Shown here: piece by piece, positions 1-13,700 of the stretch | Numbering within the stretch: the stretch's first letter is position 1 | Layout of the letters: each line of letters starts with the position of its first letter | DNA from: Amoebophrya sp. A120 | Lineage: Eukaryota > Protista > Dinoflagellata | DNA length: 64,000 bases | Assembly (NCBI GenBank): GCA_905178155.1 | Contig: CAJINV010000012.1 | Location: 1,554,492 to 1,618,491 of the forward strand | Direction of reading: 5' to 3' | The notes under the pieces: model-generated | Told to the model about the DNA's origin: nothing | The model's database searches: none | What the model saw: the letters and a program-made list of their open reading frames with translations, nothing else | Translations under genes and position numbers: made by a program

Positions 1-28
1 ACCAGGGGCAAGAGTCGCGCCTTTTTCC

Positions 29-288
29 GTGAAAGCCCGAACTCATGACCTTTTTTTTTTAGTTGGGCGCCCGAGCTAGCTGACAGCCCCCGGCCGTGTG
101 ACCGGGGGCGGAGCGTGACGAAGAGAGGCAGTTCTTCAGTGAAGTGCCGAGCTCATGACCTTTTTTTTTTTTTTTAGTTGCCCGGGCGCGCGGTCCACAG
201 CGGCCACCACCTCCTAGCGCCACGACCGACCCCCGGTCACGTGCCGTCCGTCCGGCCGGCCGGACGGACGTGACCCCCCCGGTCACGT
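29..288. repeat. Imperfect direct repeat GTGAA..CCGA(A/G)CTCATGACC(T)nAGTTG (29-65, 139-180) plus GTGACCGGGG/CCCCGGTCAC inverted motifs; probably the end of a repeat element
   Basis: Repeats read directly; element cut by the window edge. Confidence 0.5.
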
Positions 289-533
289 CTAGGCTCCTTG
301 TTACCTTGTTCTAAACTACATCTTGAAATTTAAAGACTTTCACTAAGGTAAAAACAGTAAGTACGGAAAAAATACGATACGTCGGAAGTTCAGTCTTCGT
401 TTTACGAAGTTGTCGCGCAAGTTGGTCTTTGTGGAAAAATCGTTTGATCTGTAACGCATCAAGACCTCCGGTCTTTTCTTGAAGTCGGTAGTATCGCCAA
501 ACCTGCAAAAACAAACCCCAAAAATGCGGACTG

Positions 534-788
534 TATCAAATGCAAATATGTCTGGGCGGTCTGGAAACTTGTGATGCTGGCTTGGGAATGGCAATGGTGG
601 ACACACTGTAATACGCAGCCGAGCATGCCGAGTTCTTGAGCTGCTATGTGTTTCGAGTTCTGCATGGCAAACTGCGCTTTTGCATAACAGGCAAGAGATT
701 CTCATCCCGCTCATCCATCACAGACTTGGGAGTCATGAGAGACAAGCATGACAAACTTCCACTCTTCCAGACCTATTTGCAATGCATA
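534..788. mobile_element. TIR introner, family A (TATCAAATGCAAAnATGTCTGGG...CCAGAC...TTTGCAATGCATA)
   Basis: TSD gactg/ggctg; host gene not resolved. Confidence 0.85.
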
Positions 789-2158
789 GGCTGCTTGTTC
801 CAGTTCCACCAAGCTGAAGAAGTTTCTCCTTCTGTGGTTCTACGTGCCTACCCAGTGCAAACTACTTGCTACGTTTTTCATGGTCCTTGGACAGCACGAC
901 TGTGCGCCAAAATCTTTGTCATGTATGTCTATGCAGCTTTTCGCACGAATGGATACAGAGCAGACACATGCGAAAAGAAAACGCTGAATTTGAGGGACAG
1001 GAGATCATCATCAGCACGGGCGACAGGGTTATTTCCTAGTCCTGGTCCTGCCACATGGCTTTGGGCAATAAATTCTCCGGAGTCGTGTATCGCTCCGGTG
1101 TTCTTGCCAGCATTCTTCTCGGAGTGTTGGCCCGCATTCTTCTCATCTGCAAGGGACTTTGAAGCATGACGTAGTTTGCACTGCATACCGGCGCTGGTGG
1201 CGCTTGAGTTTACCATGTGGTCGAACATCGGGACTTTTTGTCACTATGAAGACGCAACCCGTCTTCAACTTCGTCCCCACTTCTGACGAAGCGTCTTTCT
1301 CAGAGTAATGATAAAAACACTCAGCATGTTGGCAATGAATGACCGAGAATCTATCGTGAACAAGCGCTTATTTGTATTTCTGCATGACAGTAGATGTACA
1401 AGGGGCGCTCACCCCAGTTCGCAGTCTTTCAACATGGCAGATTCGCGTGTCGTCTTTTGGTGCAGGAGAAATAAAGAATCTCATCGTGGGGACAATTTTG
1501 CACCCAATACCTTCGGCCACAAGCTGCTCCTGAAGAAGAAGAACAAGGAAAACGTTGCCACGGAGAAGAAGCTTCCTCTACTTTCCGGGAAGAAAATGCA
1601 GCTTGCTGCTTTATCGGAAGGAAAAGTAAGTCGCCGCGAGCTACTTCCTCGACACTCAAAGAAACTCCTATTTCAGTATTTGTTTTACGCGACAGCTACC
1701 ACATGTAACCCAATAAATGTATGTGGGTCGCAATGTATTTTGTAAACTTCTAACAACTGATGATGTCGCTGCAGGGACGGGGACGAAGAATGAACAAGAA
1801 CGCAGGGCGATATAATATTGAGGACGGCCGAGCAAGGCCCAACGCGGATCAGCATCATATTCAAATCTATCGTATCATCACTTGGAATCTTGCGGCCACT
1901 GAGCGATGGTGTAGTTAGTTGCATACATTTATATCTTCAGCATTCTCGATGGGCTTTTAGTGATTTTATTCTTGCGCCTGCTGTCGGCTTGAGTTCGCTT
2001 CGCCTTCGGGCACTCGTCGCATAGATGCTAATCAATGTAGAAGAAGTCCTGCTGTTACTCGTACTTACCTTTCTACTGCTCCTTCACGTGGAAATGGGAA
2101 GAGTGTAGTTTCCGCGCGTCTTTTTTTTTTCCTAGCATAAGGGGGCGCTGCTGCAGCT

Positions 2159-3010
2159 GTGGGGGCCCTTGGCGTTGGCGGTGGGGCGGTGTTGACGAGC
2201 AGAATCTCCGAGCTGGATCAAAGAATCTCCACACTGCAATCCACGCTGGAAGGAAAAATGGCTTCCGTGCTGAATGAAAAAATCTCCGCGCTGGAATCCA
2301 CGCTTGATAAAAAAATCTCCGATCTGGTGGAATCCACGCTGGAAAAAAAACTCTCCGCGCTGGAATCCAGGCCGGGAGCCTCCAAAGGCAACGCCTTGGA
2401 GAACCCGGCGACTTCGATCGACGAGAAAATCCGTGTTGCGGTGGACGCGAAAACGTCCGAGCTGCAAAGCAGAGTCAGCGAGTTGGAGACCGGAGCGAAC
2501 GAACCCAAACGACACGGAAATCTAATCAGTGTCGCGGTGAATGGGAAAATCAATCCGCTGGAAACCGTCATTCACCAGCTCGTCAACAATGAAGATACAA
2601 TTTTCGAGACCATGAATCGACTGGAGTCCAAGCTGCAAGAAGGAAAAATCAACGTGCTGCAAGGAAAAATCAACACGCTGGAAGGAAAAATGCCCGAGCT
2701 GGAAGGAAAAATCCCCGAGCTGGAAGGACAAATCACCGCGCTGGAATCCACGCTGGACGGAAAAATCTCGGAGATGAAATCCACGCTGGAAAAAAAAATC
2801 ACCGAGGTGGAAGGAAATGTCCCTGCTGCGCTGCAACAAACGCTCGTCGGGTTGATCCAACAGCAACAGGCGGAATAAAACAACAAGAACTTCCATGCCG
2901 CGGTGCAATCTATTCGGGAAGTGGAGCGAGAGGCGCGCGAAAATGTTTCGAAAGCGGAGCGACGCATGCAGCAAGCTGTTGACCAAGTGCATCTGTTAGT
3001 TGCTGAATAG
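2159..3010 (+). CDS. Coiled-coil repeat protein (KISALESTLDK-type and KIxxLEG repeats); internal TAA at 2876-2878, frame stays open to TAG at 3008-3010; possible pseudogene or read-through
   Basis: 239-aa ORF with internal peptide repeats; continuation NNKNFHAAVQSIREVEREARENVSKAERRMQQAVDQVHLLVAE; start uncertain. Confidence 0.6.
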
Positions 3011-3060
3011 CCGAGCGCGCTTCTCGATGCAGAAGCGCGTTCGGCTATTCAGCAACTAAC
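2995..3060. other. Near-perfect hairpin, 30-bp stem, 6-nt loop
   Basis: gttagttgctgaatagccgagcgcgcttct-cgatgc-agaagcgcgttcggctattcagcaactaac; one G-T pair. Confidence 0.9.
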
Positions 3061-4838
3061 TGTGTAAATCATTCACTCATTCACTTCAACCACCAGAGCC
3101 AGCAATTCCACGGCTGGGGTTCGTTGAATGTAAACCATGTCGCGAACCATGACGCCAATTTTTATTAGCGGGAGAAGAAATGCAAATGGTCAAGATCATT
3201 GAGCAGGTGGACAAGGAGAAACCGACAACCAACACTAACACGACATCTTATCGTCCATGATCCTATGCAAAAGTCACGCAGCACAAGTTAGTTTGGGTTT
3301 TCAACTGTTCCCAGGGAACAGCTCAAACACCACGTACGCACTTACACTAAGCTGAAGAGCACTAACAACATTCATCTTGTCGATTTATTTTTACCGTTTT
3401 CTAAGACTCTTGTTCTTTCCTACGAATTGAGTATGAGTAAATTCAAAATTTAAATTGTTTGGCGAGTCTAATCAGAAGAACATGAGAGGAGCTGCGCATC
3501 TATCTTGACCTTATGGCTCTGGACTCGCCTGCAGAAAAAGCAGGAGGCTTTTCGCAATTCGTTTCGTAAATGAAATAAATACAACTCCGCACTTATTTTA
3601 CAACAAGAGCTCCGAGCCCGAGGTAAGTAGACGAAGACGCACCTTTGGTGCGGCTGTACATACTTTTCTGTAAATTAATTGAGTCGCTTTTCGCTTTTCG
3701 TCAACCGAGAAAATTAATGGAGGACCTACACTAATATCATTATCAAATTCGAAACGCTGCATTTCTCTTCATGCCGAAAATAAAGTAGTTTCAGTTCTTC
3801 GGAGGCTGAGTACATGATAGATTAGAAGGGCTCTCCTTTTGACCGCGCGGTTTGGATCAAAAGCAAAACTACGGCGATATCCGAAGGGCCACGAATCAAT
3901 TACGAATATAATTTGATGACAGTAGAAAATATATATTGTCGTCTTGGGAAGCTGCATAGGTTGACCTCTCAGGAGAGACAAAAGCCGCGAGTAGACTCTT
4001 CTGGCCGCGTTGTTGTTCATTCACGTTGTTGCTCCTTCGTGTCGCTTTTTTTGCCACACACTGCGCACGACTCGTCCGGAAGTTTTTTTTTGTTGCTTAC
4101 AGCGGAGATCTGCTTGCTCTGCCCTGCTTGCTTCGAGTAGAACCCTGGACTTGCTTCTTTATCCCTTTTTGCTGTCTGACGCGTCCTCGTCTCGTCTTGT
4201 GTCAGGGGATGATCTTCTTCTACCTCGCGCGTTTTATCTTTCACACGGACGCGGAAAAAGATGAGATCCTCTGCTATACGCAGATGAAAAAAAAAATCGT
4301 AGCCCACGACTATTTCCTGATCCGTGGTACTAGATCCGTTACTGCTTCCGTCCGTGGATTTTCTTTTGCGTTGTCGAGCGAGAACAGGATGTTGAACAAG
4401 ATCTATGAAGATCAAATCAGTTGTGCACGACAGTTGGTCGATTCGAACAGCGGCGCAGGCTAGCACTTGGTCGTGCTCATAATTGCGTCTGTTTTTTTCA
4501 GTTCTATTAACCTCCTGTCCCTTGTTACTTCATGGTCTGCGAGACGGGTTTTGAGTTTCACAATCAAGTATACTCTTTTTTTTTTGCGTCCGCCGAGACG
4601 GGACCCTCACGGGCGAATTTGCCTATACCCAGCGTGGGAAGAAAAGGTTCCCGGGTACCCCAAAAACATACAAAAAATGCAGAAAATGCGCTAGAACTTG
4701 TTGTGCGTGCGCTCGCTAGAACTTGTTGTGCGTTATACTCAACTACACTAAGAAGCGGCAATACATATCTTCTTCATTTGCATTTGGAAAAAAATATACC
4801 AAGTAGTTGATCTTAATTCTCCCGAACTACAAGGCAGA

Positions 4839-7800
4839 ATGTCATCTTTGTCTCTTGACTACACCACGGACCGCAACCTTGCCACAGGTGAGGTCTTTCG
4901 AATTTCTTACCCAAAAACTTCTGCAGCACCTCCAAATTTTGCCTCACAGAGAACTACACAGAAGTCCGCTCCTTTGTCTACTCAACGATATGCAGATCGT
5001 GGTCCGGAGACCGACGGGGCGTTCGAAGCGGAGACGAGTACTTTGAATGATAAAAAGCATAAAATGCGAATGGTTGGGTTATTTGCTGTAATGGCACCTA
5101 GGTACAGTTTTTTCTCTCCTTTTTTATCGATGCATTAATTGAAAAAAAAACAAAAGCACAGCACTTCGACAAGGACAGCAACTTCTCATCGACACCGGAT
5201 CTCGCTCCCTCTCGCTCGATGTTTGTGTGCGTTGTTGAGTGTGCGTGAAGATCATAATTGCGATCCATCGGTACTTGACTATTGACCTATATCTCACTTG
5301 TATATTTCAATCGCCTCGCTCGTACATGATTTCGACTCGTCCGTTCTTGCATTTTGATTTACGGTTCGTCTACGTCGCCTACTCTCATGTATACCTCGCT
5401 CGCACTTGGATATTTGTCGTTTACATATTCTAAGACCTATCGTAAATTCGTACTCTCTCGTAGCTCGTACGGGTCGTAGCGTATCGTCATTGCTCGATCG
5501 GGTCTTCGTTTTTTGCCTTCGGTCATCTTCGGTCTCTACGATCTAACTTTCTTGATCCCGGTTTGTGTGCGTGTTGTGGTTTTGCTTTCTTCCTCCGACC
5601 TTTTTCCTTCCAACACGTTAAAGCGGTGAGTGCATGGATGGTGGAGCCGGCGCCTGTAACCGCCATGTACACTGGGATCACCGTTTTAAGCGAGCACCAA
5701 AGTTTTTCCTGCCACTTAGGGCTACTTTTCCCAAAGCAGCGTGGTTTCGAATTCTTTGGACGTTACAGGCAGAAGTGTTGTCCCCTCCTTCATCTCTCCG
5801 TTGCGTTGTTACTTCATGTTCTTCCGTCTCTGCATCTAAGATCTAGAACCAACCAAACTCAACAAGGCCCAGATCGTGGTCCGGAGACCGACGGGGCGTT
5901 CGAAGCGGAGAGTAATAAAGACCTCCACGAGCAAGAGCAGTTGCGAGACCCTGTATTACACATATGCTCGTCCGAGGACGAGAACCAGAAGTACAATCTG
6001 CGCACCAGCCGGACAAATCTCCTAGCTCGGGTTTATGTCCGAATAAAAACCCGGTTGCAACTTGTCGGAAGGAAGCTGAACTCGCTGAAAAAAACCCTGC
6101 GAGAGAAGTTCTACCTGACCTTCCTGCCGATAGACTACCCGCACTCGGTCGGGGAGGAGTACTTGGAATTTCAGGTTTACGACTCCCTGCAGGGCTTATG
6201 CAGCTACCTACGCGGGGTCTTGTGCACCAAGGCGTTGCTGGAAGGCGCGGGCGTTGGAGGCGAAAAGGGTGGTGGTTCCAACAAGCAAACCACCGCCCTC
6301 GCCGCGACGCTGATGTGGGTGGCGCGGGATATGGTGGGCATGGTCACGTCCGTGATCTTCGGCTCCCGGTTTTCTGCGTCGTTCTCCGCGTTCATCAAGG
6401 ATATCATTTGTAAAAACGTCCCCACCCCAGAGTTGCAATGCAAATCTGCATGCTGAGCATGTTTCTCATGCGGAGACCCATGAGAAGCAGTTTCTAGTCG
6501 CGTTTTGGGATTCGTGATGCTAGAAGCAGCATGATATGCTAGATCTGTGATGCTGCTGAGCAAGCTAAACTAACAGGATTACACTACGAGGCCAAACTTG
6601 TCATGCGCAACAGCAACAGCTGACAGATTTGTCTAGCAGACTTCCCAGCTTGAGTCTGGTGTGGGGACGTTTTTACTCAGGATAAAGGAGTGGAGGTTCT
6701 TCGCGGATGTTGCGAACGACGTAGGGCTATCAAATGCAAAAATGTCTAGGTCTCGAAGAATGCAAGATTTGTCGTGCATATTTCTCATGACTCATACTAG
6801 TCTGTGATGTATGCCCTAGCATTACAGATTTTTAGAACCCTTCCTGATGCACCTTCCGCATGGGAAATGGCCCGTCCGTGTAGCACAAATTGTACCCCTC
6901 TTGCTGGTCATGCAATACAAATTTTTTTAGAGTCCAAAAACAGCATGATAAGTTGCAATCTTCCAGAGGACCCAGACACTTTTGCAGTTGATAGGGGCAG
7001 TTTCTGGACATGCTGTCCCCAATCGCGCAGAGCCTCTCCGACACGAGCACACTGTGGGTCCCGCTCCCAGTTGTGTTTTCGCTGCAACGAGTCGTGCAGG
7101 TTTTACTTGGTGCCTCGGAGAGCAGTACTAGTTCACTCCCCGGGGTGGACCACGACGACGAAGGTCGCAGCAGTTTTTTCCGTCTGCATTGGGTTGACAC
7201 GGAAGTGTATGGATTGCAAAAGTGTCTGGGTCTGGAAGGATGTAACTTGTCATGCTGGTCTTGCATTCCTGTGAAATCTGTACTATTGCGTGACCAACAA
7301 AAGTTGTAGCCTCTCATGTCATTACAAAAACGCAGTTTCTCATGCGGACCTCGGATGGGAAAGCGTTCTGCAAACTTGTCATGCTTTTCTGCATAAGGAA
7401 GTGTTTTCCTATTGCACATTTTAGCATTACAAGTTTCCAGACCCAGACATTTTTGCATTTGATAAAGTGAGTCTGTATTTGCTCCTGCTCACGCTGTCGG
7501 CCATTTGCAAGTCCACCTGCGGTGTCGCGGCCGGAGCCGCAAAACTGTGCACCACGTACCACTTTTCAACGTCGCGGCCGCCCTTTTCACCCTCATCGAG
7601 GGTTGTAGAAGAGGAAAACAGTACAACTGGTGCTGTCGTGCATGAGCAACAACTTAACGCACCCTCCGGGTGGTCGTCGGTAAAATCCGCTTCCAAACAT
7701 CCAAGAGCGGTAACCACCGACCCGGGCGACATCGCGACTAAGGAAGGTACGCAAGAGACCGCGGTGACTTTATTGGGAGGAAAAGTCCCGCCTCCTCCCC

Positions 7801-9973
7801 ATATTGAAAACGCATCCGTCTGAAAATTTGTGATGTATTTTTGTGACCACCAATCCTGTCTGTCTTGCGAGATGAAGGCAAATCTAGAGAGTCAGCCACA
7901 TTATGCAGGCGGTTTGTGATGCAGGATGTTTGCCGTGCTAGTCACCTACCTCAAAACTTCTCGACTCAGGAATGGCATACGCCTGCAGCCCTTTAATACT
8001 GCAAGACGAATCTGATTTGTGTACGGAAATCCAGCATAAGAAGCATCGTTTTGAAATGGGGATGCTTCGCTTTGATAGATTTTCCTCGGCCTTCTGCTTG
8101 GCATGCTGTTCGCGTCGGTAACGGAGAAAATCGAAAACAGCTTCGTTTTTTCCTGTATCAAGTGCAAATATGTCTGGGTCTGGAACAGGAATGCGAGTTT
8201 GTCATGCTTGGTCGACAATACAGAAAAGTCTGTCATGCTTGTTGAGGTACAGTGGTGCTTGTTTGCCATGTAAAAAGGCCATGGATATAGTCGCTCAGAA
8301 ACTTGTCATGCGCGGCTCCGCAATACTGTATTGCGTGTGATTCGGACATTAGCATGACAACTTTCCAGATGACCCAGACATGTTTCCAATGCATATCCTG
8401 GCTGCTGTTCCTCTTTCTCACGGTTCTGCACGTGGTGTTCAACTACCGAGCGGTCCGGTGCCTTATCCTGTGCAAAAGTATCGTACTCGTATTGTAGTCA
8501 TGCATTTACAAATCTTCCTCTCAAGGTAAATCAGCATTACAAATTTTTTTTCTCATGCTGAGGAAAGTTGTAATGCATTTGTACGAGGACGATACTTTTG
8601 CAATGCATATGCCTGCATTTGCGAACGCTGAACCGAACGAGGTTTTGCCTTTTGGTGGAAGCGTACGTGCGTGACGTTGTGAGTAGAGGCCCCCGTGATG
8701 AACAAACATCAAAATTGGTGGGAACTAGCTGCCCTCTATCCATCCGCAGTATTAACGCGCGCGAAACGCTGAGAAAGTGTTGGGAGGTGAATCTGAGCAA
8801 AACGCGACCTAGACTGGCGGAGCTGCCCCTCGGAAAAGTTGTACCCGCGGCACATGGTATTGGTGGCGAGTTGTACTATGCGCACATCACGGTTCCGAAC
8901 AGATGCGTCGTAAAACACGTACAGGAGGTGGTGGAAAGCAAAAGAAGTGCGGGTAGTTGTACGCTCGTTGCGTCTCTTCTTGCGGTTCTTTATTTTCGGT
9001 CCGGGGGCAGTAAGACCCTCGGAGGACGAGTAAAGAACCAGGACCAGCAAACCTGCAAGCACGGCCCTCCCATCGTCGCGGCGTTTTTGTGTGAGGAGGA
9101 GGAGGAGGACGAATTAGGCAGGACCGTCGAGAACAACTTCTCTCGGTCCCCACTCAACTCCACAGCGGGTTCCGCGGGCGCGGCTGCTGCAATTCCACGG
9201 CCTGCTTCCAGCGTCGTCTTAGGCGGATCCAGGGAAAGTTTCAAAACGAAAGAAGAAGATGAACCCACAAGAAATACCACAACTTCTAGCGCAAAAGAAG
9301 TAGAACAATCCAGCACAACTACAAGTACCTCCCGATCGAGAACATGTTTGCCTTTAAGAACGTCTACACCTGCCGAGATGGAGGCCTTTTTCCATGCGTG
9401 CTGCCTGCACTTCGCGTTGAGTCACAAGTTTTACGACAGTGCACAACTCCCCCTCCCCCTCATTTGTATAGCATGAACGGCAATAAAATCACCAGCACAG
9501 AAGGAGCCAATGCATGACGAATTCATGCGCCTATTGTAGTACTGTTTGGGCTCCTTCCGGAATCTGTCATGCAAACAGTGCCACAGGGAAGCGCTTCGAT
9601 TTGGGGTTTTGCATGATAAATAGGGGGAGTGGGAGTTGTGCACTGTCACAAGTTCGCAACCGTCGACGAGTTCCAGACCGCAGTGGCGAAACAGGATTTT
9701 GTATCCTGAGGAAAAACGTTAACGCGCGTACCCCAGAATTATCATGCAAATTTGCGTTACTTACAACACAGCGAGGAAGGTGGCTTGCGAAATATGTTTC
9801 TTGACCTGTGTTTGTGTTGCTAGATTCCCAACACGACAACTCTGGGGTCGTGGGGACGTTTCCGCGGAGGATATTGTGAACGGTTTTTGGTGCTGCTCGA
9901 AACGTACGGCTGGGACACGGATCCCACCACGATGAAGCTGCAGCCAGGCCCCTGGCGGGTGGCCAAAGGATAA
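4839..9973 (+). CDS. RUS1/DUF647 (root UVB sensitive-like) family protein; 8 introners plus one long direct-repeat insert
   Basis: Spliced motifs FLPIDYPHSVGEEYLEFQVYDSLQ, KEWRFFADVANDVGQFLDM, GVAAGAAKLCTTYHF, DIATKEGTQETAVTFLG, HVVFNYRAVRCLHLRTLNRTR, FERFLVLLETYGWDT...PWRVAKG*; start at 4839 assumes removal of 5035-5911. Confidence 0.85.
4993..5911. repeat. Long direct-repeat insertion locus E: exact 42-bp repeat (4993-5034, 5870-5911) flanking an 835-bp insert
   Basis: cagatcgtggtccggagaccgacggggcgttcgaagcggaga twice, both read DRGPETDGAFEAE. Confidence 0.85.
6402..6684. mobile_element. TIR introner, family C (TATCnTnnnnAAAAACGTCCCCAC)
   Basis: TSD aagga/aagga; restores FIKEWRF. Confidence 0.92.
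6728..6993. mobile_element. TIR introner, family A
   Basis: TSD agggc/ggggc; restores DVGQFLD. Confidence 0.9.
7208..7464. mobile_element. TIR introner, family A
   Basis: TSD aagtg/aagtg. Confidence 0.92.
7771..8077. mobile_element. TIR introner, family E (degenerate)
   Basis: TSD gactt/gattt; restores ETAVTFLG. Confidence 0.8.
8156..8395. mobile_element. TIR introner, family A
   Basis: TSD tcctg/tcctg. Confidence 0.92.
8464..8609. mobile_element. TIR introner, family B (TATCCTGTGCAAAAGTATCGTACTCG)
   Basis: TSD tgcct/tgcct. Confidence 0.92.
9432..9650. mobile_element. TIR introner, family D (TAyGACAGTGCACAACTCCCCCTCCCCCTC)
   Basis: TSD agttt/agttc. Confidence 0.88.
9702..9873. mobile_element. 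TIR introner, family C
   Basis: TSD ttttg/ttgtg; restores DFERFL. Confidence 0.88.
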
Positions 9974-10715
9974 GTATGAGTACTAAAGTAAGTATGTAAT
10001 CGTCCACCTAGCTGCAACATTCGGATGAAGCATAGTCAACATAGAGGAGAAGTTGTAGTGCAGTAGGTAGTACAAATAAAAGAGCAAAAATTTCTACGCT
10101 GTTCATCTTGAACATAATTTCTCCGGACGAAAACAACTCCGGCTGTGAGGGGACAAATCAGGGTGCACAGTAAAGAATACACGTGGGCCGCCGGCAACGC
10201 CACGAAGCAGGAAAATTATCTGCACATCAAAAGGAAGACACACAGACACAGGCACGTGAAAGAGCGAGAAATGCTCCACTTACAACACCTTTTCCTTTGT
10301 TGCTTGTTTTTTCTTCCTCTGGCGGTTCCTTCGGATGGGGGATCTTTTTACTGCCACGTGTCAAGCAAGAGATCCAGATTTTTGTCTGCGGCTGAGGTTG
10401 ATGTAGACTGGGTTCCGCTATCCTTTTTCAAAATTATGTACGAGCAGATCTTTCCTCTACTTATCATATCATCTGCAAGTTTCGTGTTCTTGGGGTCCGA
10501 CCCTGACAAAAAGAAAAACCAAGCGCGATCGCACACGACTGATTTCCGGAGACGATAATCTAAAATTGGTGTTTAAGATTTTCAAAGATGTGATAAAGCG
10601 GAATGCTTCTCCTTGCAAAGTTACAAGATAAAAAATAACTTTGCAAAAGTATTTAACTATTCGACGTCTTGCGCCACCAGTGGAGTGGTCCGCATTAGCT
10701 TGATCTTTCAATTTC

Positions 10716-13700
10716 ATGTTTTGCAGCAGTCCCAGCAGCCTTGCTACTTTTCATCTGCTTGCTTTACTGAAGCGCTTGCTTTTCCTTGCAGCAGCATTAT
10801 CATCAACCGAGCTTTACGAAGATTACGATACTCACCCCTACGTAGCATTCGGATTGAGTATTACGACCACTAGGTTGCAAGTACGCAGCAGTGGCCGTCC
10901 ATCCACGACAACAACTGGGGCACGACTTACAGCAAGTAGTTGCAGTGACAATCGCGATCAGACCGTGCCTGTTTCAGCGTCGGGCAGAACAAGCGTTCCC
11001 TTGTGTAGTAACGCTGCAGCAGGTGGTGGACAAGGACAAAGCACAAGTAGACAATTTCTACTCGCAGGAGGACCCGCCTCGCAAGTAGAAGAACCACGAC
11101 GTGTAGCAGCGGTTAAGAAGAATCCTGCTCCTGCTGCACCAAGCGGACTACTTTCGCCGCCTACTTTTTCCTGCTCTTTTTCTTTCGACGGAGTTAGTAA
11201 TATCCTCGGTGCTCCTTCTTGTCGCTGCGACCTGGCTTGCGGGAACCTTGGCGTGAACACAACTAATAACATGACGGTAGCTGCGCCGGAGCATGAAGAC
11301 GTAGTTCCGAAAACGACACCAGGTGCGTAGTTCCGAAAACGACACCAGGTGCGTAGTTCCGAAAACGACACAAGGCCGTGAGAGGCCTTGGCCTTCTTGC
11401 ACCAGGACGCATCTGTTATTATTCAGGGGACCCTTGCGGGGTTGGTTTCCGGTGAGGGATAGTCCAACGCATCGGCAGGTGGTTGCCCAGGGCTGCTGCC
11501 CGCTTCCTCAGGTCAGCCTAGTGGCTGGAAGACCCGCTGTCTGGGTGCTTACAACTAGGCTTCTCGCCTTCTAGCTGTCGGAGTAGGTTCCGCGCCGGGT
11601 GCGCCTTGCGGTAGATGCGGTTGACGCGGATTTTCCCGTGCGGGAGGTGGTTTGCCAGCTCGGCTTGCCTGGGTTGATATCGGAAGATGGTACTACTTCT
11701 ACGGGAGGAGACGCGTGGTTTCTCGGCCTGCAGGATTTCTTTTCCTCCCTGGTGTCGGCGGACGGGTCTTGGCTGTAGAGTCGGTGGCCTGGGGTGTGCA
11801 CTCTAACAGCTTCGACTGGCTCGCTGGGGCGCAATACTAGTTGAGTTCACCGCGCTCACAAGCGGTGAGAAGTTAGTCGCGTTGCTTTTCCAACTACGTT
11901 CCGTAGACTGACGCAGGCACGCAGGGCGCGCGCTTGGCCCAGTGAAGCGCCTCGACGACTATGTTGACGGGCGGCCTTCGAGGTTGTCCCCCTTCTCTGT
12001 CTCTCGTTTACTTTTCGGCCGCTCGGGGACCGTGTGAGGCTTCGATGCCACTGTAGGGGGCTTGGTCAGTCTCCGTTTGGTCTAGTCACGACTGCGCGTC
12101 GCTTTTTCCTTTCTCTCGCGGTTTGCCGCCTCCCTTGTCTTCGTAGAAGGAGGGATGAGGTTTACAGTTTGCAGGCCCGCTGCGCCGCCCTCGTCGATCA
12201 TGGTTAGGCTGCTGTCTCGCTGCCCCGGATACAGCCTCACCCGGACTGCCAAGCACTATGATATCCTGGGTAGTTGCGTTTGCGCTCTGCTGGTTGCAGT
12301 GCATTCTCCACGGGATGGCTTGCACGCCGGTGCATTCTTCGGCTGCTGGGGCCCGTTCTGCATGAGCGACCTGCGCTAGCTGTCTGCTCCTGGCGGGAGC
12401 CGTAACAGTTTCGCCTTGCTGGTGTTCGGGGTTGAAGCGCATGCTCGGTGCCCGCCGCTCATCATCTCATTTTCGAGGTGGTGCTTCGGGGTAGATCATT
12501 TTCGAGGAGTGACTGGAGGGAGTATTCCCCCGTGACTGTTTGTATATGGGCTGGCAGATCCCTAGAAGCTAATGCCTGTAGTTGTTGGTCTTCCGCCCCT
12601 TTGAGTGGGGTCGTTGGAAGGAGCCAACGCAGACGCTGTCTGCCGTTTGCGTATTTGGATTTCGCTGTGAAGGATGCACTTCTTTTCCCCCTCCCTCCCA
12701 CACAAGTGGCCGCTCACGTCGTGCCGGTTCGCCCGGACAGACGTGTTGGTGATGGAGTGGGCCGTTCCCCGCTACGGAAGCTAGGTCCGGCCTGCTTCGC
12801 CCAGCCCCTTCAGGCTCGTTCCAACGGGCCGCTTGGGCGGTGTTGGCTCTGTCTGGATAACACTCGGAAGGAACGCAGCGAAAATGACGGTAGCTGCGCC
12901 GGAGCAACAAGACGTCGTTCCGAAAACGACACCAGGTGCGGAGTTATTAGTGACGGATGCACCCCGGTGCATCGTTTTCGAGTAAGTGACGGCAAGTGCG
13001 CTCGCACATCTGAAAGGGCTGGCAGATCCCTGGTAAGCAAATGCAAGGGGTACGACTGGACCCGCTCTCCATGCGGGGGTCGTGCCAACAATTTTTCTCT
13101 CAGCTGGACCCAGTTAAGAGTGACTGGGGGCTGTGGTTTGCCGAGGTGGTCGCAGTGTTTGCGCCTCGATGACATGACTGTGGGGTGCATGATGGTAGGA
13201 TGCCAGAATAGGTTTTTGCGTCTCGATGGCATGACTTCGGTTTGCCGAGATGAAAGTGGCGCGAGTTTTTCGCCTCTCGATGACATGACTGTTGCGGACC
13301 CAGCGGGCGGGGTGAGTTTTGCCTTTCGTTTGGGTGCATGGCTGTGTCTGCCTCTTTCTGGGCAGGGCTGGGGCTTTCTTGATCTCAGAGGGGCTGTTGC
13401 CGGGTCTCATGGCGATGCCGCGATTTAGGCCGGCTTGTGGCCGCTGGCGGTCAAATTTTGGTTTGGGATATTTCGGCGGCTTTTCTCTCGATGGCACGGC
13501 TTTGGGGTGCTATAATAGTTGTGACGTTTGATATCCGGCTAACTTCCGCTACTCATTCTGGTATTGGTTTGGCTTCGCGATGCTTGCACGGTTAGAGTAT
13601 TCTTGGGTACTCACTCGAGTCAGGTAGCTGGTGATGGGGAAAGGAGTTCGAGTGTTTGGGGCCATTTTCGCGGATGTTTTGATTTGGTGTCCGAATTTAG

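Noticed and set aside
4689-4733. 20-bp direct repeat cgctagaacttgttgtgcgt
   Set aside because: Simple local tandem duplication with no insert.
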